Origin: Octopus vulgaris
Taxonomy: Eukaryota
DNA length: 64,000 nt
Direction: 5' to 3'
Assembly (NCBI GenBank): GCA_951406725.2
Contig: OX597814.1
Coordinates: 103,788,001 to 103,852,000, forward strand
Part shown: positions 54,996-64,000 of the stretch, one piece after another
How the letters are laid out: every line of letters starts with the position of its first letter
How positions within the stretch are numbered: the first letter of the stretch is position 1
Notes under the pieces: model-generated
Database searches by the model: none
What the model was told of the DNA's origin: nothing
The model's input: the letters and a program-made list of their open reading frames with translations, nothing else
Program-made: the position numbers and the translations under genes

Positions 54996-55842
54996 GCTTT
55001 ATATAAAACAGCAGTTTTACATGGATTAAAAGTGGTGTGATTATAAGTGTGGGTAATCTCTGCAGCTCTTATTTCACGATAACAGCTTTCATTCGGTATA
55101 GCTAATAACGAGCAATTCACAAAACGAGTTAAAAATCTACTTAGTGTTTATAAGAATGGAGAGGTTAAAGCTAAACTTAATTCATTCATACCTTAAAGTA
55201 AATTATGTTAACAGCTATTCAAATTCATTCCCTCTGCATTGTGCGAAAGTACATTTGTATGCGTGTAGGCATCTTGAGAGACTTTCAGAAACTCTATTAA
55301 TGATCTCTTTGATCCACAGAACAGACAGATGATGTCGAATGGTTTTGCATGCCTTACTATGAACCAAGTTATGTTGTACTTAATTTTATCTCTCTCCAAT
55401 CGCTATACAAAATCGACCAAGGATGTTGAATGTCTCTTATTGATTCTCTTGAAGCTGGAAACATGGTTGCGATAACGATTCTTAGATGAATCAGCCGTCT
55501 ACACAATGTAAACATACGGCCCTCCCCTTGTGTGCATGGTACATTAATATACAATATTTGTACTCATACAGAGGTTCATCAATGGGCATTTTGATTTTTC
55601 GCTGCATGAGCATTTATCATATTTATTTGTATAAACGGCAGTTCTGACTTCATTTTCCAATGTTGTTACTGTGCTAGCTGTATCATAAGTATTTCTACTA
55701 TTACAATTTCACCGAAATTGGTGCTTTTCATTGCGGTTTACACCTCATTTGTTGGTATTTAGATGCGTTTATTCGTTAGATCCAGTAGGTGGGTTATTGA
55801 ACTGTTGTTGCATTTTACTGCCATGTATTCGTATAAATATGT

Positions 55843-56125
55843 GAAAGCATGTGGCCTGATGATCAGAGTATTGCATTCACGATCGCTAGATCGTGAGTTC
55901 GATTCCTAGGCTGAGAAGAATATTGTGTTCTTGAGCAAAACACTTTGTTTCACGTTGCTCCAGTCCACTCAGCTGTAAATAGGTCACCCTGCAAAGGAAT
56001 AGTCTTCCAATCAGGGAAGAACGTTGGCCTCCTCGCCCAGCCAATGGGGTGGCATCCTTCAAAGGTTAAAAACAATGTCAAGCACATTGTGGTCAGCAAT
56101 GTATAACCTCGTCCAACAGACTGCT
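55843..56125 (+). mobile_element. SINE, family C-related
   Basis: GAGTTCGATTCC B box and TGTGTTCTTGAGCAAAACACTTTGTTTCACGTTGCTCCAGTCCACTCAGCTG core. Confidence 0.82.
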
Positions 56126-56229
56126 CAATACTGTGTGCGCGTGTATGTGTGTATATATATACACACATACATATACACACACATATATATATACACAAAC
56201 ATTTATATATGTGTATATGTAGAGAGAGA

Positions 56230-56263
<34 letters not shown>

Positions 56264-56327
56264 CAAATTGAGATAGGGGTTGTAAATGCAACCCTCCATG
56301 GGATAACATTTCTCCATTTTCTTATCT

Positions 56328-56367
<40 letters not shown>

Positions 56368-58009
56368 TATGTATATGTATATATATATATATATGCATAT
56401 ACATATGTATATAACGTATAAACATCTGATTACATTATTAAAAAAAAGAGAAACGAAACTCATTATGATTGACTCTTAATTAGAAGCTCCATTTTATTAA
56501 TTAGCTCATTAATTAGGCTCTAATGTGTGTTTTCTATTTTAAACTCATTAAAAGATAAAATGAACAATAAAACCAATTCCTAGACACAGTTGGAAGCTGT
56601 GCCGAGTTTCATGTATTTACCAAAATATATTCTTCCATAGTTCCTTCACATACAATTGCTCTCATTTTCCCGAATGCCTTTTAATTATTTCTTCAACTTC
56701 GTTTAGCAAGATGTCATTAAGGTTTGGTATTTTCTTCACATCCGCTGACGGCCAAGTGAACAAAAACATTTTGATCTGTAAATAAATGTTTCTGTTCAGG
56801 TGTCATCATCATCATTGTCATTGTCATCATTATTCATCACTCATTATCATTCTTCATCATTTATCATCAGTTCTAATTTTTCATCATTCTTCACTCATTG
56901 TTCCTCTTCGTCGTCATCGTCATCATCACTACTGCCACCTTCATCCCCACCACCATCGCCACCACCACCACCACAACCCTCTTCCTTTTAATTCTACTGT
57001 GAACTCACTTTCTCCAAACTTGGATTCAGTCTAAGACATCACCAGCAAAGCTCTAACGCTTTACTGATTCCGAATTTTTAACTTCGAAATTTGTTTGATC
57101 AGAACTTCAGGAATAAATCATTCTAATTAATCTAATAGATATATTAATGAATATTTTTGCTGTTTTTTTTTATTTCTAAATATGCTGAAACAATTTCTTT
57201 AAATTGAGAAAAACTAACATTTTTTTATCGTGTTGATGCCAGTCTGTTCATTCCATTAATTTCTGAATAAGAACCGGTCTGGGACTGACCAAACTAGCAA
57301 CCCTCTGTTTAGTGTGATAGAATTAGCAGCTAAATTCACCTCAAACTATAACCTTTCGTGTCAAAACAGAAGAAAAATGTCCTTCCAATTCCATCCTTTG
57401 TAAAAACAAAAGAGAGTCAGGGTTGGGAAGCTTTTAATCAAGGATTGATTCAATCAGGCTTGACCTAGGGCTAAACAAGTCTAGCACAATGCCAAAAGTT
57501 TCTGACGTGAATAAACAAAAAGAACAATTAATTATCTGTAATTATTCTGGTAAATACATCTGGTTTAGATTATTTAAGACTTGATGTCTTTGGCATCACA
57601 GTAATTATTCGACAATAATTGAGGTGCTTCATTAATAATGAATTTCAGAAAACTGTAATGTTTGTGTGGAGGGTAGAACAAAGTGTGTGGTGGTGGGAGT
57701 GTGTGGTTTTCTTATTATTATGCTGATACACAGGATGAGACATCGGCCACCACATGTTGATCTCTTACTTATGGAAAATCAGAGACAATGTTCATATCAG
57801 ATACTTGGAAAATACTAGACTTCGGGCAAAAGACCCCAAAAAACAAAGGGTTAGCAGAAGTGAGGGCTACAAGTCCTGTCAGTGAAGTTTCAGAGAAAGC
57901 CCCTAGGTGGTTTGGATTAAAAAAGCAGGCCAGTGGCTCGTGCTGTTGCTGCTGCTGAGTTGCAAGTTGGGATTTGATCAGCATTGACTAGAGAAAACTG
58001 GAAAAGAAA

Positions 58010-58408
58010 GAGGGTCTGGTTGGTTGGATTCCGACTTCAGTCAGAACCGGAAAAATTGGACCCCATGTTACTGCTGTGGAGAACATTCATTCTGAGTCAC
58101 CTGGATTCATGCTTCCAATTATTGTTGCTACAGAACATCATTCTCCGTCCCATGGATTCCAGCTCCCAATAATGGTTGCTACAGAGTTTCATTCTCCATC
58201 CTCTGTATTCCTGGTCGCAATAATGTTTGCCACAGAACATCATTCTCCGTCCCTTGGATTCCTGCTCAATATTATGTTTGCCACAGCGTATCACTTTCCG
58301 TCCCCTGGGTTCCTGCTCCCTATAATGGTTCCCACAAAGTATCATTCTCCGTCCCCTGGATTGCTGCTCACAATAATGGTCGTCAAAGACGATCATTCTC
58401 CGTCCCAG
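58010..58408 (+). repeat. 51-bp minisatellite (about 6.5 copies) derived from a CR1 LINE fragment
   Basis: Unit AGAACATCATTCTCCGTCCCNTGGATTCCTGCTCCCAATAATGGTTGCYAC; first unit reads MLLLWRTFILSHLDSCFQL, compare MLTLWRAFVLSHLDYLSQLW in the LINE at 61871-62152. Confidence 0.8.
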
Positions 58409-58519
58409 AGCCCTGTTAGCTCTATTAAATCAACTCTATTAAATCAATGCTAGACGCCCAGTAAACAGTTCTGCCCAAGGGCCCTTAATCCACTCAGTCT
58501 GTCCCTGGATGGTAGATAT

Positions 58520-58733
58520 TGGCTTCAAATTTTGGCGCATGGCTAGCAAGTTCGGAGTAGATGATAAGCTGATTACATCAACCCCAAAGCTCGACTGGTA
58601 CTTATTTTATTGACCCAGAAAGAATGAAAGACAAAGTCAACCTTGGTGGAATTTGAACTCAGAACATAAAGATGGACGAAATGCTGCTAAGCATTTTGTC
58701 CAGCATGCTAATGATTCTGCCAGCTCACCACCT
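58520..58733 (-). mobile_element. SINE family B
   Basis: Homology to other copies. Confidence 0.85.
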
Positions 58734-58885
58734 TTATAAGATGATTGATATCGATGACCAATAAACGATAGATACATGACAGGTGCTCTGCAGGTCCATG
58801 GTGGGGGCCTGTTCATGACTGCATTAAATATTTAAAACAGTTGGTAAAAATGCTACAGGGTCACTCAATGGCAATCGATGTTAAC

Positions 58886-58941
<56 letters not shown>

Positions 58942-59134
58942 ACGTGGTGGCGGCGGCGCTATCCTCTTGTCACAAATTGTTACATCATTCAAACTATTTT
59001 CAGTCCCCGCCCCCTCTTAAATACAGGAAAACAGGTCAAACCTTTCGCTTTGTTCTCAGCCAAACCCAGCCACTGACTGGTCCCAGTTCAGTTTCGCTGG
59101 TTTTTATTTCACATTTTATACTATTTCGTCGTGA

Positions 59135-59345
59135 ACTTATACTAACTTACCTCACAAGTTATACCAATTAATTTCACCTGCTGTTCTAATTAATCTCACA
59201 GATTTTACTTACTAATTTCATGAGCTATACCAACCTTACAAGTTATATCAATTAATTTTACTAGTTATACTAATTAATAAGTTATACTAATTAATTTCCC
59301 TAGTCATAGATTACTATGAATTTCATTAGCTACCCTAATTTATCC
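59135..59345. repeat. degenerate 21-22 bp AT-rich minisatellite
   Basis: Recurrent TATACTAATTAATTTCAC-like units. Confidence 0.55.
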
Positions 59346-59461
59346 TTAACAAAACTGTTAACTGCAAGTCCTTGCTGAGCCACAAGTTCCCCCTTCGAAC
59401 CTCATTCAGCATTTATTAATTCCATAGCCATTAACCAGAATTATCTCTAAATCATAGCAAT

Positions 59462-59779
59462 CTTTTCTATTATAGATACAAGGCCTGCAATTTTGGTGAA
59501 GGGGTCTAGTCAACTACACTGACCCCCCCCCCCCCATATTCAACTGGGTCTCATTTCATCGACCATGAGAAGATGAGAGGCAATGTTGGTTTCAGCAGAA
59601 TTTGTACTCAGAACGTCAAGACATGAAATGCCACAAAGTGTTTTGCCAGACATGCTAACGAGTCTACCAACTTTGCTGCCTTAATAATAATAATGATAGA
59701 CTTGACAAGCGGTACAAACCCCCGGTAGACGCAATATCTTCAATCAACAACCCCATGACATTGTATATTGTGCGACGTC

Positions 59780-59820
<41 letters not shown>

Positions 59821-60048
59821 TGATGATGATGGTGATTTAAAATTTTGGCACAAGGCCAGCAATTTCGTGGGAAGGGGTTAGTCGATGACATCAACGCCAG
59901 TACTCAACTGGTACTTATTTTATCAACCCTGAAAGGATGACGGGCAAAGTTGACCTCAGCCGAATTCGAACTCAGAACATAAAGACAGACGAAATGCCGC
60001 TAAGCATTTTGCGCTTTGCACAAATGATTCGACCAGCTCCCGCCGCCT
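59462..60048 (-). mobile_element. two SINE family B copies (59462-59683, 59835-60048)
   Basis: Homology to other copies. Confidence 0.82.
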
Positions 60049-60184
60049 TTCCTGCCAGCTCGTTCCTAAATAGTAGACTTGGGTTAAGCTGTGGTTTGTT
60101 GTGTTTGAATTTAAGTGGGAACATTTGAAAATTGCCAGTTGTAAAAGATATTGTGTTGAAGACAATGGTGCGGGGGGGGGGTTA

Positions 60185-60198
60185 GTTGCTATAGTAAC
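60185..60198. promoter_or_regulatory. RFX X-box-like palindrome
   Basis: GTTGCTATAGTAAC in unique sequence. Confidence 0.3.
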
Positions 60199-60446
60199 AA
60201 CAATACTTGAGAAATCACTCGAGAGTTGGTAAAGGTGCTAAATGAGATATTTGGCATTTTTTTTCTTTTTCATAACAAAATTAATGAATTGACTTGTTTT
60301 TGTCCCTTTATTTCGCTTTTTGCTTGTTTTGTTTTGATTTTCTTATATTTCGCATTTATTGTTGCACAACGAAGATCGCAATGGAGACAAAACGCATTTG
60401 TTGTTCAGTTCAATCACAAGGCAGAATTAGCATTTAAATATTATGG

Positions 60447-60519
<73 letters not shown>

Positions 60520-60593
60520 AGAGAGAGAGAGAGATGCGATGTCTGTGTGTTCCTTTCAATGTAGATGGTCGTTGGATGTGCACGTGTGCGTGT

Positions 60594-60651
<58 letters not shown>

Positions 60652-60789
60652 GTGTGTACCTGCGTGTGGTGACAGTGCTCATATTCACATAGATTTTCTT
60701 CCTCTTTTTCATTCTGTATATATCTGTGTGTCTGTGTCTCTATATGTAAATAAGTAAACAGCTTGATCAATAGACAGATATACACACAC

Positions 60790-60879
<90 letters not shown>

Positions 60880-61369
60880 GTGAGCACATAGTGCAAAACA
60901 AGGTGGAAAAAATAGTACTCGAATACCAAAGGTAGTGTAATATACTTTTTATTTAATTTTGTAGTTTAGATAAAAAGTATGTATATCCGTTGGGATATTA
61001 AAAAAATGGAAGTTAGTTTTCCGTGAAGTTTTTATTTCAACTCCGTAATGCACTTCAATGTGCAAATTTGAATGCAGTAACAAACTGAAACACTGCATAG
61101 GCAGTATGAATAGACTATGATAATTAATTAATTAATTAATTAATTTAAAAAAAACCCGATTATTTTATGTATGTATTCTCCATTTTATTTATATTTATTT
61201 ATATTGTTAAAATCTTTTCTTGTACATCGAAAGTAATGGAAACTTCTGCAGTGACAACTGGAATTTCAGAAGTATAACGTGCTAATATTGAAGAAGAACT
61301 GACAATAAACGCGAGTACATATACAAATATGGAAGTTCCAATATCATAATCAATATAAAGCTAAACTAC

Positions 61370-62800
61370 TGTACGCTTCAGTCATATGGCTGTGGTCATG
61401 CTGGAGCACCATCATGGTCTTTCTGATTTCCTCAGTCTGGATATTTCACATCACCACTCCTCTATGTGCCTGTATCCAAGCTGTTGGTACATTTGGTGTA
61501 TAATTGAGTTTGATTCCGCTGCCCTCGTCTGTACCTCATGTGGGGCTGTTGGTTTATCAGGCATTGTGGAGAGGAGGATGTATAGTTCCTTTCTGAAGAC
61601 ATCTACTTCCAACTTATGCAGATTTAAAATTTTTTGTGGCAGAGAATTGAAGAGCCATGGGCCTTCGAATCCTAGACTATTGCAGTACCTGGTCCTGAAT
61701 TTAGATGGAGTGGATGGTACCTTTGGTACAATACAATGGCAGCCAGTTCTGGCATTTGTATAACACTCAATGCGAAAGTTAGGGACTAGCCCTTCTAGGA
61801 TTTTCCATATGTCTGTCATGCCTTTGCTCCAGGGAGTAGAGCTGTAGTTTTCTCCACCTATCCCTGTAGCTCATCCACTGCAATGTTTCAATCTTTTTAC
61901 TGCTTCAAGCTCCGCTGGTTGGACTGCTTCAAGCTCCGCTGTTTGTTTGGCAATATGTGGTGACCATAACTGGGAAAGGTAGTCCAGGTGGCTGAGAACA
62001 AAGGCTCTCCACAAGGTCAACATAGTTTCTTTGTCTCTTGTCTTGAATGACCTCAGTATCCATCCTGCTAATTGTCTGCACTTTGCTGCCATCTTGCTAA
62101 TGTGCATAGGAAATGATACGTCATTGCACATACTGATCCCCAAGTCTTTCACTGAATGTGACTCCGGGATTGTAGTGCCTTCAGGTCCTGTAAATGTAGA
62201 TTGTACTGTATTTGTGAGTTGATAGTGCAGCGCTTAAAATTTTCCAGCATTAAACTGCATGTTCTTTATTTCGGTCCAGTTGTACATCGAATTCGGGTCC
62301 TGCTGTAAGCTTGCGACCTCATCTTGGATTTTATTGCCCGTGATAATTTTGTATCATCGGCATAGCTAGTGACAGTGGCTGTCCGAGTGACTGCGGGTAC
62401 GACTAAGAGGGCTGTTATGAACAGTAATGGCCCCAGAGCATTTCCCCGGAGAACACCACTTAAGATTTGAGTTTCCTCAGAAAGGGTGTCATTGGCTGCA
62501 ACTACCTGACTTCTGTTTTTAAGGAAGTCATGCAGCCACTCTCCCAGTTTACCAGAAATGTCAAGGTCTCGTAGCTTATGACTTATCATGCCATGATCTA
62601 CCTATCAAATGCCTTTGAGAAGTCAAAGTATATCACACTGACATCTGAATGGTCAAGCAGCTGTTTCAAAACCCAGTCATAGTGCTGTAGGAGCTGTGTG
62701 AGGCAGCTTCTTCCTGTGAGGAAGCCATGTTGTATATTGCTCAGTTGGATATTTTCTTCTGGGAACATTATCAACTTCTTTCTGATGATTCACTCCATGA
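61370..62800 (-). mobile_element. CR1-group LINE, 5'-truncated, decayed RT and 3' end
   Basis: HGFLTGRSCLTQLL..YFDFSKAFD; SGVLRGNALGPLLF..YADDTKL; KDLGI; WKILEGLVPN..LFNSLP; 3' end GGTGCTCCAGCATGACCACAGCC. Confidence 0.92.
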
Positions 62801-62825
62801 CTTGTACACACACACACACACACAC

Positions 62826-62902
<77 letters not shown>

Positions 62903-62982
62903 TTAATTAGGGTAGAAATTGATATTAGTCAATTAAAACCAGTGGTCTAGCATATTAAAAAGAATCCGAAGATTAAAATATT

Positions 62983-63347
62983 TATATATACCAATTAAGG
63001 ACTGAACACGAAAAGTGGACAGTCAACATGCTAGATATAGACGTCAAATCGCCATTCTCCACAAAGGTTATGTTCTCAAAAAATAAAATTCAGCACAAAC
63101 CAAAGCAATAAATAAGACAAATGAAAATATACGAAATGAAATAATCACCTGTGTACCGATCGGTTTCAGTACCGATCGGTACACAGGTGATTATTTCATT
63201 TCGTATATTTTCATTTGTCTTATTTATTGCTTTGGTTTGTGCTGAATTTTATTTTTTGAGAACATAACCTTTGTGGAGAATTTTGACGTCTATATCTAGC
63301 ATGTTGACTGTCCACTTTTCGTGTTCAGTCCTTAATTGGTATATATA
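62983..63347. mobile_element. near-perfect 365-bp palindrome centred on a hammerhead stem III, family H4
   Basis: Arms at 62983-63164 and 63171-63347 with one 5-bp indel; axis ACCGATCGGT-TTCAGT-ACCGATCGGT; minus strand reads GAAA-CCGAUCGG-UA. Confidence 0.85.
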
Positions 63348-63354
63348 TACATAT

Positions 63355-63600
63355 ATATATAACGGGAAGGTTTATGAAAAGAAACAAAAGACGAAGGCAG
63401 GTGGAGTACAAACAAACAAATGTATTAGTATAGCGCTCAGGAATAGAAAAAGTCTTTTACGTTTCGAGCCTACGCTCTTCGACAGAAAGTTACACTGAAA
63501 AAAACAAGGAGAGAAAAAAATGCGTGTAGTGGCTAACGATCTATCATGGCGTCCTGACTTCGGACAGTGGTCAGACGCGAGAGGGACAGTAGGGGAGATA
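63355..63600 (-). mobile_element. PLE pLTR-like repeat with CUGUCGA hammerhead (63452-63489)
   Basis: CUUU-CUGUCGA-A-GAGC-GUAG-GCUC-GAAA-CG-UA-AAAG; homologous to 1570-1780. Confidence 0.78.
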
Positions 63601-63657
63601 AAAGGGTCAAGTGACTTCCAATATATATGTAAATATAATATGTGACAATTATTCGGT

Positions 63658-63729
63658 AGCCATGATAAAATTCCGAGTTTCGGATGTCGGGGCGGAAACC
63701 CACACCGCCATCTCTTCAGTTATCGGGCC
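63658..63729 (-). ncRNA. type I hammerhead, family H1, left arm
   Basis: GAUAA-CUGAAGA-GAUG..CAUCC-GAAA-CUCGGAA-UU-UUAUC; one stem III mismatch. Confidence 0.72.
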
Positions 63730-63745
63730 ATCGAAAAATGCTTAA

Positions 63746-63819
63746 TGGCACGATAACTGAAGAGATGGTGGCGTGGGTTTCCGCCCCGAAATCCGAAACT
63801 CGGAGTTTTATTATGGCTA
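63746..63819 (+). ncRNA. type I hammerhead, family H1, right arm
   Basis: GAUAA-CUGAAGA(63757-63763)-stem II-GAAA(63795-63798)-CU-CGG-AG-UU^UUAUU; predicted cleavage after 63807. Confidence 0.8.
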
Positions 63820-63925
63820 CCGAATAATTGTCACATATTATATTTACAGATAAATTCCTCTATTTACATAAGGCCGAGGTCTCTTTCATTCTTTTGTTGT
63901 CTTACCATTTCTATCAATATCTATG

Positions 63926-64000
<75 letters not shown>

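Noticed and set aside
57769-57987. Exon-like segment (minus ORF 71 aa; plus frame ending GSCCCC*)
   Set aside because: No recognisable homology, adjacent to a LINE fragment, and no consistent splice-frame model
58080-58408. CRISPR-like array (also 9449-9560)
   Set aside because: Contiguous diverged tandem units without unique spacers, no cas genes, eukaryotic context

Overview
AT-rich, microsatellite-saturated animal DNA. The SINE repertoire suggests an octopus or other coleoid cephalopod (inference). I recognise no intact protein-coding gene, and almost all long ORFs in the track are translated microsatellites. The window holds three tRNA-derived SINE families (about 30 copies or fragments), R4/Dong-like REL LINE fragments sitting in (TAA)n tracts, a CR1-type LINE whose 3' end matches one SINE tail, two decayed Penelope-like elements (PLEs), Helitrons, a TTAA-flanked MITE and RTE remnants. 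The most notable unannotated signal is a population of about 20 type I hammerhead-ribozyme (HHR) motifs or half-motifs from at least 8 unrelated sequence families. Many sit in small non-coding inverted-repeat (foldback) elements. Some carry two back-to-back ribozymes on opposite strands (63628-63848, 10978-11259). In others the inverted arm begins at the palindromic stem III. Core variants include a G3:C8 swap, A6U and a 68-nt stem II insert. Minimal dimer-cleaving hammerheads are known from PLEs; the palindromic double-ribozyme architecture and the variants are what deserve testing. All folds were derived by eye.
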